Shown here: positions 8,438 through 16,985 of the stretch, piece after piece | Layout: each line of letters begins with the position of its first letter | How positions within the stretch are numbered: the first letter of the stretch is position 1 | Program-made: the position numbers and the translations under genes | IMG/VR virus record: IMGVR_UViG_3300048576_000478 | Location: 1-24,924 of that record | Strand: one strand, 5' to 3' | Length of the DNA: 24,924 nucleotides | DNA from: a virus | Lineage: Duplodnaviria; Caudoviricetes | The notes under the pieces: generated by a model | The model's database searches: none | What the model saw: only the letters and a program-made list of their open reading frames with translations | Told to the model about the DNA's origin: nothing

Positions 8438-8439
8438 AC

Positions 8440-10638
8440 TTAACTCCTCGCATAATAGCCTTGCGTTTTTATATAAGACGTAAAATCAGCGAATAGCTGT
8501 TGCTCTCCACCATTGCCATAAACGGGAGCGTTGATATTCAATATGTAGGTATTGTTTCCGCCCGTATAACTTGCTGTTCCACTAGAGGAAATGCTTGATG
8601 TGCCACTTATTCCAGTCGTAACTGTTCCACCATAGGTGTTCGTTGAATAGTTGGTTTCCCATATCTTCTTGACTCTATCAGCTAACCCAGTAAATGCATC
8701 CGAGCTAAATGCGCCTGCACTTTCATTGTGTTTAAAATCCAAATTCATCCATTTTTGAACATTTCTTCCAAACACTTCAATAACACTTCCAACCCATTTG
8801 AATAAGTCCGAGATATACTTAACTGGCGACATGAGTACTTCAAATGCTACAGCCACAGACTTTAGTATTGGATTCAAAACCGTGCTTAGGATAACTGCTA
8901 TTACTTGAATGAATGGCGAAAGGATATTTAAGACTGGAATAAGGTTGTTAGTGATTATCTGGCCGATAATCGAAAACACAGGGGATAGAGCATCAAGGAT
9001 AGGAAGGAGTTGCTTCCCCAATTCAGCACCTAATTGCTTAATGGAACTGAAGAATGGAGAGATAATTTGATTTATTGCAGGAGCTAATACCTGGGCAGTC
9101 CCTTGTAGAGCAAGCATAATAATCTGTAAAACAGGGTCTGCACTTGTCAGGAGTGAAATAACGGGGCTTAATGCTGAAGTGACGGGAGCGAATACATCGG
9201 ATAGCTGTGAAAACAAACTTCCAAAACTATTCCCTAGCCCTCCAAAATTATCATGGACCGATGAGCTTCCTGAACTATCCCCACCTGAAAAGCTCTGGAG
9301 TAGGTTGGATGTTGTAACAGAGTATCCTGATTGGTTTGTAGGTGTATGGGCTTCCTTGAGGGAGTCCATAAGCATGGTCTCTATTTTGCTTTTTAGTTCT
9401 TTACCCTGTGGGCCTAGATCGATGTTTGAAATGATAGCAGTAAACTTAACATACTCTTCGTCAACTCTTTTTACCCGCTCATCCCCCGCTTCTTTTCCGA
9501 GAGCATTTGCTTTTGTAAGTGTTTCGTTATAGTTTGCTAAGAACTCTTCAAGCTTTTTGTAGTTTGATTTGACTAGCTTCTCATACTCTGGATTGCTCTT
9601 ATCTACATTTGAATTTGAAGGCTTAAAAGAAGCATTAAAAGCAGAGCCTTGCCCTAAGTATGGCATTACTTTTTCAAGCTTTTCCATCTCATCTGTAAGC
9701 TTGACAAAACTAGGACTTACAAGCTTAAGGGCATCAGCAGTATTTTCATTCGGGTTTCCAAATGAAAACATTTTCAACATGGCAGATTTTTGATCATTCA
9801 AATTGTCATACAGTGATTTTGCATCTTCATAGTTGCTTGGTAGCGCACCTGTTCGCTCATATGCATTTTGATTCGCTGTATTTGTTGCTGCTTTTGAGAA
9901 TGCTTCGGATATCTTCTTTGCTGCTTCTCCAGCTGATTTTATAAGAGGCTCAAAACTCATTGCGAGTAATGAACCCATACTTTCTTTTACATCATCAAAG
10001 CTAAGCTTGATATTGTTTAGTTCTTGAGCCAGGCCACCCGCCATCGCATCGCTTGTTTTTCCATACTTTTCAATAATGAGGTCAACTGCTTTTCCTGACT
10101 CTAATTCTGTTTTTGTGAGACTGGCAAAAGAGCTATCTAATTTTTCTAGCTTGCCCGCAGTTCCTGAATATGTTGAGTTAATTAGCTGAAAAGAAGAATT
10201 AAGGTCTTTACCTGTAACATTAGAATAAGCGATTGTTGCTTGTGTAACACGTTCAATTTTGGCTGTCTGATCTGGCCCATACAGATTAGCCATTTCAGCA
10301 ACTAGTTTTTCTACAGCATCTTTGCTCTCTAATGTCTTTTCTGCACTCTCATCTATTAGGCTAGTCATTTGCCTAAATCCAACTTCATTGCCGCCCAATG
10401 CGGTCTTAAGCTGGATCATTGTCCGTTCAACGCCAGCAAAATCTTCCATGCAGCTAAAGGCGGCTTCACCTAATTTCTTTACGCCTTCAATGATTGCTGT
10501 TACTGCAAAAGCCTTTGTTAATGTTTCCCCAAGCTTTGAAGTTGAAGATGAGAAAGAGTCTACATTTGATTTTGCTGATGAAATGCCTTTGGATGTTTGA
10601 TCCTCGGCACTGATTATTACTTTCGCCGTAGTAGCCAT
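8440..10638 (-). CDS. Tail tape measure protein
   Basis: 732 aa; N-terminal VIISAEDQTSKG, amphipathic helical repeats (L.P...) in the C-terminal half; follows tail chaperones. Confidence 0.9.
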   Translation of the reverse strand: MATTAKVIISAEDQTSKGISSAKSNVDSFSSSTSKLGETLTKAFAVTAIIEGVKKLGEAAFSCMEDFAGVERTMIQLKTALGGNEVGFRQMTSLIDESAEKTLESKDAVEKLVAEMANLYGPDQTAKIERVTQATIAYSNVTGKDLNSSFQLINSTYSGTAGKLEKLDSSFASLTKTELESGKAVDLIIEKYGKTSDAMAGGLAQELNNIKLSFDDVKESMGSLLAMSFEPLIKSAGEAAKKISEAFSKAATNTANQNAYERTGALPSNYEDAKSLYDNLNDQKSAMLKMFSFGNPNENTADALKLVSPSFVKLTDEMEKLEKVMPYLGQGSAFNASFKPSNSNVDKSNPEYEKLVKSNYKKLEEFLANYNETLTKANALGKEAGDERVKRVDEEYVKFTAIISNIDLGPQGKELKSKIETMLMDSLKEAHTPTNQSGYSVTTSNLLQSFSGGDSSGSSSVHDNFGGLGNSFGSLFSQLSDVFAPVTSALSPVISLLTSADPVLQIIMLALQGTAQVLAPAINQIISPFFSSIKQLGAELGKQLLPILDALSPVFSIIGQIITNNLIPVLNILSPFIQVIAVILSTVLNPILKSVAVAFEVLMSPVKYISDLFKWVGSVIEVFGRNVQKWMNLDFKHNESAGAFSSDAFTGLADRVKKIWETNYSTNTYGGTVTTGISGTSSISSSGTASYTGGNNTYILNINAPVYGNGGEQQLFADFTSYIKTQGYYARS

Positions 10639-10639
10639 T

Positions 10640-10873
10640 TCATATTCCTATTTTTTTATTTAATTCAATTATGTAAGCTTTGTAGACTTGTTGTATTTGA
10701 AGAAGAATTATCATGGTGATGTAGTCCTCATTAAGAAGCGAATCACCATGTGGGAAGTGTCGAAAGTCGCCGTTGTCTGAATCAATTAGTGGGAGGAATA
10801 AGCTAGTTATATATGGCAACCAGTGGCCGTATTCCTCCCATATTTCGTTATGATACTGGCCCTTTAGGACCAT
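10640..10873 (-). CDS. Tail assembly chaperone, T segment (expressed as a frameshifted G-T fusion)
   Basis: In the -1 frame relative to the upstream chaperone and open back to the T8 slippery site. Confidence 0.75.
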   Translation of the reverse strand: MVLKGQYHNEIWEEYGHWLPYITSLFLPLIDSDNGDFRHFPHGDSLLNEDYITMIILLQIQQVYKAYIIELNKKIGI

Positions 10874-10887
10874 CCCCGTTATTTGTC

Positions 10888-11253
10888 TTAAGCCTTGTGC
10901 TTCCCGTTTGTCGTAAAAAAAACCTTGTCTAGGTAGGCTTCAGTGATCTTTAGAAATGCAGGTGTATTTGAATATAAGTACTGGATAACAGCATCATTAG
11001 TCATAAGCTCTTTTTCTGTTTCATAGAAATTGTGGCTCTTAACATAGGCAGGAAGCTTTAGTCTCATATACTCTGCTACCTCAGAGCTTCCATGTTCAAA
11101 TGCATCGCGTATTCCCATAGCATCCCCATAATTGAGAAGCCCTAGGATAATAAATGCATCTTCATCTTTTTCAAGCCCAACAAGGGTTCCTAACTGTATT
11201 TCAACATTTCTAGGTATTTTTTCTTCATCTTTTGTTCTAACAAACATTTTCAA
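10888..11253 (-). CDS. Tail assembly chaperone (gpG-like)
   Basis: 121 aa between tail tube and TMP, with a slippery site near its 3' end. Confidence 0.75.
   Translation of the reverse strand: MKMFVRTKDEEKIPRNVEIQLGTLVGLEKDEDAFIILGLLNYGDAMGIRDAFEHGSSEVAEYMRLKLPAYVKSHNFYETEKELMTNDAVIQYLYSNTPAFLKITEAYLDKVFFTTNGKHKA
10915..10922 (-). other. Programmed -1 ribosomal frameshift site (T TTT TTT)
   Basis: GTT TTT TTT ACG; the -1 frame reads TAC GAC AAA CGG ... GGG ATG GTC CTA without a stop into ORF 10873. Confidence 0.8.
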
Positions 11254-11264
11254 TTCCTTTTACA

Positions 11265-12236
11265 TTAATAAGCAGTAGCTTGATTATCGATTACCTGGAC
11301 TGTAAGTGGCTCTGTAGAACCTACAGCTGTTGCACAGCCTGTAATGGTTGCCATAATAGGACCAGAACCAGAAACATTAGCTTTGTGCTCTGTAATTGCA
11401 ACATTGTTTAGTGTGATTACCACTTTATATTGTGTTGTTCCAGTAATAATGGATGGACTAAGAAGTGTAAAAACAACAGATGAAGCTACGGAGTCGGTGT
11501 AGTAGTAATTTGTTTTTAGTGTATCCGTTGTTGCATCAGCAGGAAGCTCTAGGGTAATGGTAGGCTGTCGAACACCATTGATAGGCTCATTCATGTATAA
11601 TCCAGAACTAAATGTCTGTGGGACATCTTGTGTTTGATTATTGAGATTAAATGAAACCTTGGAACAGTCGTAAGTTGTTCCAGCTATGGTAATGCTTCCA
11701 CCAATACACTTGTAAGCTTTAAGTGATGGGATAGTAAGGCTTTGTAATGCTCCTGTACTTTCATCTTTATACTTTACATTTAAAGTTCCAGTAACAAACT
11801 CTCCAACTTTTGCTTCAATCGAAAGCGAATCGACTTTTACACCAGAATGCTTCTTAACACCAAATCCTCTATCCATTATCACTGTATATGATGGGTTAAG
11901 CGTATTGGCATCGGTAAGAACGATGCTATGTGTATTTGCACCAGTCACAGGAGTTCCAGTTGTTACTGTATCCGTACCACCAAGTGCCATTTTGAATAGG
12001 TATCCTGCGCTTTCAGGTGTCAAAACAAAAGGAAATGATCCAGAACCCTTAATGGACATTGGGTCTTTTGCTTTTGGAGCTTTTGCAACAAGTAACGATG
12101 GCTCTTCTTTTCTATCAACAGAAGTAACAAGCGATTCACCACCAGATACGCTAACCACAATAGTTGGAGTCGCAGCTGTTCCATATGCTGTTTCTTTTCC
12201 AATTTGGAGTTGTCTTCCACTACCAAAATACGTCAT
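11265..12236 (-). CDS. Major tail tube protein
   Basis: QIGKETAYGTA N-terminal motif, PSYTV..DRG, G.KVDSLSI; beta-rich; synteny; RBS GAGGAG. Confidence 0.85.
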   Translation of the reverse strand: MTYFGSGRQLQIGKETAYGTAATPTIVVSVSGGESLVTSVDRKEEPSLLVAKAPKAKDPMSIKGSGSFPFVLTPESAGYLFKMALGGTDTVTTGTPVTGANTHSIVLTDANTLNPSYTVIMDRGFGVKKHSGVKVDSLSIEAKVGEFVTGTLNVKYKDESTGALQSLTIPSLKAYKCIGGSITIAGTTYDCSKVSFNLNNQTQDVPQTFSSGLYMNEPINGVRQPTITLELPADATTDTLKTNYYYTDSVASSVVFTLLSPSIITGTTQYKVVITLNNVAITEHKANVSGSGPIMATITGCATAVGSTEPLTVQVIDNQATAY

Positions 12237-12238
12237 TT

Positions 12239-12382
12239 TTAAATCTCCTCTTTAACGGCAATGCCAATTGTTAAATACTTAAAGGCTTCATTTTCGGAAA
12301 GCTCATAAACCTTATTCGCCTCATACTTATCATGGTTTCCTAAAAACTTAATTTTTATGTTTTTTACATCATCGTTTTTCAT
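12239..12382 (-). CDS. 47-aa phage protein (not in ORF track)
   Basis: MKNDDVKNIKIKFLGNHDKYEANKVYELSENEAFKYLTIGIAVKEEI; RBS GAGGA; directly after a late motif. Confidence 0.7.
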   Translation of the reverse strand: MKNDDVKNIKIKFLGNHDKYEANKVYELSENEAFKYLTIGIAVKEEI

Positions 12383-12394
12383 ATATTCCTCACA

Positions 12395-12406
12395 TATATA
12401 GACGCT
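12395..12406 (-). promoter_or_regulatory. Late-promoter-like motif AGCGTCTATATA
   Basis: Exact copy, 12 nt before ATG 12382, upstream of the tail tube gene. Confidence 0.7.
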
Positions 12407-12859
12407 TTATGCTTGATACTTAATCTCCAGAGTTATTTCAAATCCTTTTATTGTGGGAAGAGCTTCAATTCCATCGAAAAAATGGCATGAAGTAATTGAA
12501 GATGAAAGAATGGTATTTCCTATTGATCTATCTGCTTTAATAAGATCATCAAGACAATCTGTATAGCGATTTGCTTTTTCTGTTAGGTTATCAGGAGAAT
12601 CATCACGAACCACTATATATATTTTCACATCATTAGTAGCTAGATCATATGATACAAAACTTTCTCTTGTTTCATTTTGACCTAAGATATAAATCATTGT
12701 TTTGTATTTGTACTTGTCTGGATCAGGATAGCACATAACAACTTGGCTTGCTGATATATGATCTAAAACCAATGATGTGTTTATTAAATTATTCTTATCT
12801 ATATATGTATTCAGATTATTGATTATGAAGCTTTTCAATCCAGTGACTTCGTTATACAT
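12407..12859 (-). CDS. Putative tail terminator/completion protein
   Basis: 150 aa; synteny before tail tube; ...LIKADRSIG pattern. Confidence 0.6.
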   Translation of the reverse strand: MYNEVTGLKSFIINNLNTYIDKNNLINTSLVLDHISASQVVMCYPDPDKYKYKTMIYILGQNETRESFVSYDLATNDVKIYIVVRDDSPDNLTEKANRYTDCLDDLIKADRSIGNTILSSSITSCHFFDGIEALPTIKGFEITLEIKYQA

Positions 12860-13331
12860 TCTTTTTTTCTGCCTTCTTTACTTCTTTTTCAATGATTGTT
12901 TGAATGGTCTTATCATATTCTAGGCTTCCAATGAAATTATCTGCTGGCTCAGCTATAAAGTTCTTAGGTTGAATAACAACGCCTTTAGAGCGTATCCAGT
13001 TTCCGTTTATTTTGAATGTGAGATATTCATCATGTTTGGGTAGTATATTTGCACCAGCAGCCAGGACAAAGCCATATCGAACATTGTTTTTATTATTTGC
13101 TTGCGTTGGATAAATGTAAGCTATTGCTTTCCCTTTTTTCATTATTCGTGAAATTGATTTATAGAGTAATCCAGTCTGCTTATGCAAATAGCCTGAGTAT
13201 GCTTTTTTTGTTACACTCTTTATTTTACTGGATATAGCAGCAACAACTTTCCTTGGTACATTTTTTGTATTAACCTGTAGCTCTTCAAGTGAGTTTTTTA
13301 CATCGTCAGCATCAACCTTAACATTGATCAT
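12852..13331 (-). CDS. HK97 gp10-like tail completion protein
   Basis: Basic 159 aa; QTG.L.KSI and PKNFI.PA motifs; synteny. Confidence 0.65.
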   Translation of the reverse strand: MINVKVDADDVKNSLEELQVNTKNVPRKVVAAISSKIKSVTKKAYSGYLHKQTGLLYKSISRIMKKGKAIAYIYPTQANNKNNVRYGFVLAAGANILPKHDEYLTFKINGNWIRSKGVVIQPKNFIAEPADNFIGSLEYDKTIQTIIEKEVKKAEKKNV

Positions 13332-13855
13332 AAGATTGATAGCCTGTATTTATTCAGCGATTTCAAATACTTAGAAAAGTTTGTCGTGTTTTGAAATGTT
13401 CTCGAACCACCATCAAGTCCTACACTATATGTTGTTACACTTATATGCTCTCCAGCCTCAGAAGCCTTCAATGATGCAATTTCCAAGATGCAATTCTTAA
13501 TCAATGCTGGAGCATTAATACTCGTCCACCCTCCTTGATAAGTTGCACTGATTGTACTGTTCTTTGTAAACACTCCTGATTTGATTATTGCAAAGCACCC
13601 ATCTACTCTATATATACTTGAATCGATTATTTTGCTATCTACAGCAAGTACTAAATTTGAAACATTAAAAGAGCTGAGCTTAATATATGGAAGGCCATTT
13701 CCTATTAGTTTATCATCATATGCTGACTCAGAAATACTGTATCCTAAATACTGTGAAACTATTTCCTCTGCACATTCTATATAGTTAGTCTCTAGTACAG
13801 GATCACTCCCTTTTATTTCTGCAAAACTCTCCAATAGTTCAGTACTTATTAACAT
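13328..13855 (-). CDS. Head-tail connector (gp6/phiE125 gp8-like)
   Basis: I..AE..V..YLG, TYQGGW...P..IK..ILE, L.KYR; directly after capsid. Confidence 0.8.
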   Translation of the reverse strand: MLISTELLESFAEIKGSDPVLETNYIECAEEIVSQYLGYSISESAYDDKLIGNGLPYIKLSSFNVSNLVLAVDSKIIDSSIYRVDGCFAIIKSGVFTKNSTISATYQGGWTSINAPALIKNCILEIASLKASEAGEHISVTTYSVGLDGGSRTFQNTTNFSKYLKSLNKYRLSIL

Positions 13856-13867
13856 ATAAATCCTTTT

Positions 13868-13897
13868 AAAAATAGGATAGCTGATATTTCGCTATCC
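13868..13897 (-). terminator. Intrinsic terminator after the major capsid gene
   Basis: Minus strand GGATAGC-GAAATATCA-GCTATCC followed by TATTTTT. Confidence 0.6.
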
Positions 13898-13920
13898 CAT
13901 ATCTTTTTTAAATTGCTATA

Positions 13921-14976
13921 TTACGCAAGCTTTAGGTAGAAGAAAGCGGACTTCGAAAGAGGAGCACCATTCGCGTAAACGGAAGCCTGCTCATATACAT
14001 AAGCCGATCCCTTGACCTTAATAGGATCAACAATAATGTCACGAACAAAAGCAGCAGCGTACTTGGAAAGGTCACAAGCAACAGCAACATACTTTCCAGT
14101 AGTCATCGTGTTAGGAGCCCAATTGCTGAGAATAACAGGAACACCAGCGATCGTACCCTTGCCAAGATATTCAATCTCAGCAGCGGGAGAAGCACCAGTA
14201 GCAGTAATGACGGAGTTAATAACATCGGGATGCATAATCATGGCCATGTTACCAGAGGGGCCAACAGCCGAAGCGGTGCGAGCAAGTGACTGAAGCTCTT
14301 TCCAAGTTACCGCAGTTGCAGAAGCTGCCGTCTTCACATTACCAGAATAAGCTGTTGAAACAGAAGTGATCCAAGTACTATTGTAGATACCAGTAAACTG
14401 ATATGAACCAGTACCATTTAGAATCTGATTATCCCAAGACTGACCGAAAGCATCACCGAAAATATCAACAAGGGAACTTTCAATACTCGTGGTATATAGG
14501 GCAAGCCTATCAACAGGAAGTAAAGAGATGAAGGGGTAAGGAGTCAACGTAACTGGATTAAGAGCGGCAGTTGAAGCCGTAGTAGACTCATCACCATAGT
14601 TGACGCCAGATGGCATAGCAAGGCCAGGATCGAAAACAGGAATATTTGTTCTTGCATTATCTCCATAAAATATTCTAACCTTGGGAGCAATAAGCCCCTT
14701 CGAGGTCAAACCACGAACAATCTCACTTACAACCTCAACATTTCCAGCACCGTTTTCAGTAAGGTTCGAAATCGACTTGTTTGACTTTAAATCCTCTACA
14801 ATCTTCTTCACAGCACTATCTTTAGGATTAGTCTGAGGAATAGTCATTGAAGAAAACTTTTGTTCTAAGTCCTGAATCCTTGAATCAAAATAATCCTTAT
14901 CAACCTTACCAGCAGCTACACTTTGAAAAGAATCAATCTTCTCCTTAATGTCATTTACAATTTCTTTGTTTTCCAT
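13921..14976 (-). CDS. Major capsid protein, HK97 fold
   Basis: 351 aa; D.QILNGTG...F.GI, MHP, GTIAGVPVILS, AFF.LK; short helical N-terminal leader. Confidence 0.9.
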   Translation of the reverse strand: MENKEIVNDIKEKIDSFQSVAAGKVDKDYFDSRIQDLEQKFSSMTIPQTNPKDSAVKKIVEDLKSNKSISNLTENGAGNVEVVSEIVRGLTSKGLIAPKVRIFYGDNARTNIPVFDPGLAMPSGVNYGDESTTASTAALNPVTLTPYPFISLLPVDRLALYTTSIESSLVDIFGDAFGQSWDNQILNGTGSYQFTGIYNSTWITSVSTAYSGNVKTAASATAVTWKELQSLARTASAVGPSGNMAMIMHPDVINSVITATGASPAAEIEYLGKGTIAGVPVILSNWAPNTMTTGKYVAVACDLSKYAAAFVRDIIVDPIKVKGSAYVYEQASVYANGAPLSKSAFFYLKLA

Positions 14977-14985
14977 AGTTTTTCC

Positions 14986-15771
14986 TTATTTAAATGCACA
15001 CAAAATACTTCCTAACAGATCATCATCTTCTACTTCCTTTACCTCATCCCGAGGTTTTGGTTCATCGAAGTACAATGAAGCGATTTTTTTTGCTTCATTA
15101 TTGGATAGCCCTACATCCCGTAGAGTTTTCTCAAGATCCCTGATAGTCATATTCTCATTTTCTAATTTCTTGTTTTTTAGACTCTTAGGAGCCTTTTTAT
15201 ATGCCGATAGGTCAAATGCATCAAAAGCACTGTTTGTTATACATTTAGCTTTATTAATTGAATCAATAAATCCATATTGCAATGCTTCATCAGCAGTCAT
15301 CCATGTTTCTGCATTCATCATTTCTGAAAGTTTATTAATATCTAGCTTTGTTTTAGTCTGATATATTGATATTATTTGATTCTTTACTTTATCAAGCAAA
15401 TCTGCATCTTTTCTTAAATCATTTGCATTACCCAGGCTGATCATACTTGGATTGTGAATCATATAGTATGATCCCTCATCCATAATTGTTTCATGACCTG
15501 CCAATGCAATAATCGAAGCAATCGAACCTGCAAGCCCTATTACTTCAACAGTGAGCTTATCTTTTACGGTAGATAGAACGTTATATATTGCAGTTCCATC
15601 AATAACATCACCACCCGGAGAATTTAGTAATAGCCTTATATTGCTTGAGTCTTTTATATCATTGAATTCAACAGAGAAATCAGATATCGAAACGCCCATT
15701 CCGCCTATTTCGTCGTAAATTGTTATCTGAGTTTCTTCACTATCTTTAGCAATATCATACCATTTTTTCAT
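14986..15771 (-). CDS. Prohead maturation protease, ClpP-like
   Basis: IYDEIG, LNSPGGDV.DG.AIYN, GLAGSIASIIALAG, MIHNP, ETWMTADEA..YGFID. Confidence 0.95.
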   Translation of the reverse strand: MKKWYDIAKDSEETQITIYDEIGGMGVSISDFSVEFNDIKDSSNIRLLLNSPGGDVIDGTAIYNVLSTVKDKLTVEVIGLAGSIASIIALAGHETIMDEGSYYMIHNPSMISLGNANDLRKDADLLDKVKNQIISIYQTKTKLDINKLSEMMNAETWMTADEALQYGFIDSINKAKCITNSAFDAFDLSAYKKAPKSLKNKKLENENMTIRDLEKTLRDVGLSNNEAKKIASLYFDEPKPRDEVKEVEDDDLLGSILCAFK

Positions 15772-15785
15772 AGAGTCCTCTTTTA

Positions 15786-15797
15786 TATATAGACGCT
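15786..15797 (-). promoter_or_regulatory. Late-promoter-like motif AGCGTCTATATA
   Basis: Exact copy, 14 nt before the protease ATG; overlaps the portal stop. Confidence 0.7.
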
Positions 15798-16959
15798 AAA
15801 CTTCTGTATCTGCTTTTTCTATGCTTGTTAGTTGAGTTATTACTTGTAATCTGTCAGCAGCATCATCATTGTATCTATCATATCCAAGCATTTTTCTTGC
15901 TTCATTTGGTGTGATTAGCGAACCTCTTACATCTTCCCTAATTATTTTATGTAATGCATTCTCATCAGCTAACAGAAGATTTGAATAGCCAAATTTGAAT
16001 TTCATATAAACAGCATCATTAGGTAAAAGCAGTGTATTTAATGCTTCTGTAAATACTTCTGTTATAGGTAGAATTGTGGCTTGGTAGTAGTATGTATTTT
16101 GATTCTGCAAGTTGTTTCCATAATCGCCCGATATTCTTGCATATGGGAAATTGAACAACTTACATATTTCTCTTTCTGTTCTTTCTTTCAGTGATTTTAG
16201 ATCAGATTCAGCATTTGTAGTTTGATCAATCTCATGTACTTTACTATTTGCTGGAAGTGTAAATGCTTTTCCACTATTCGTTGTTAAGTCGTTTAGCCAC
16301 AGATTGAACTTTCTTTTTTCATTCTCATCACATAGTCCATCTTCAAAATTCGGTGGTAGCTCAATACCAATCCTCTTACCTAGAGAATTTGAAAAATAAA
16401 CCTCTATGTAACTCAGTATTTCAGAGTCAAGATCAACAATATCCTTGCATCTCTCAATTGCTCCATGACTTTTATAGTTATCGTATGAATTTGGATCGAA
16501 TATATGAAGGACTTGCTTATCAGTATATATCTCACCCGAATAGCTATATACTTTACAAAATGGTGCATTGGGAGTCCTTGTAACCACTACCCTATTCGAA
16601 TCTAGTATGGTCAGAGAATTTATGTTTTTATCTACACCGTATGTTTTGAACAAAAACACATTTCCTGTTTCTAGATATGATCTTGCGATCCGTGCAAGAA
16701 ACACGGATATTGTCTCCTCAATGTTTGGCCTTTCCAAAATCTTACATAATGGATGACTATATGTCCTATAGGTGCCTTCAGCATTTCTTTGATAAAGCCC
16801 AATGTCTAGTGACGCAATAGTATTTGAAATGGCATTTATCACATTCAAATAAGTTGGATTACTAGATGCGGGGAACACCCTAGGTAAAGTTGCATTTATA
16901 GGCACAGAGTAGGCACTAATTTTATTCCTTGGCTTAAATATCGAATCTATTATTCCCAT
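15796..16959 (-). CDS. Portal protein, HK97 family
   Basis: ISNTIASL, HPL..IL.RPN, GN.F, VLHI, IC..FN.P, TILP, TPNEARK.LG. Confidence 0.93.
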   Translation of the reverse strand: MGIIDSIFKPRNKISAYSVPINATLPRVFPASSNPTYLNVINAISNTIASLDIGLYQRNAEGTYRTYSHPLCKILERPNIEETISVFLARIARSYLETGNVFLFKTYGVDKNINSLTILDSNRVVVTRTPNAPFCKVYSYSGEIYTDKQVLHIFDPNSYDNYKSHGAIERCKDIVDLDSEILSYIEVYFSNSLGKRIGIELPPNFEDGLCDENEKRKFNLWLNDLTTNSGKAFTLPANSKVHEIDQTTNAESDLKSLKERTEREICKLFNFPYARISGDYGNNLQNQNTYYYQATILPITEVFTEALNTLLLPNDAVYMKFKFGYSNLLLADENALHKIIREDVRGSLITPNEARKMLGYDRYNDDAADRLQVITQLTSIEKADTEV

Positions 16960-16973
16960 TTTTTGCTCTCATA

Positions 16974-16985
16974 TATATAGACGCT
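16974..16985 (-). promoter_or_regulatory. Late-promoter-like motif AGCGTCTATATA
   Basis: Exact copy, 14 nt before the portal ATG; overlaps the terL stop. Confidence 0.7.

Noticed and set aside
8470-8481. ACGTCTTATATA as a sixth late motif
   Set aside because: Needs a 1-nt insertion, lies about 32 nt from the next ATG, and is explained by TMP codons (TSYI); weak at best
8297-8510. TMP end and mini-ORF as a DGR template/variable repeat pair
   Set aside because: Differences are not adenine-specific and no reverse transcriptase is present in the window
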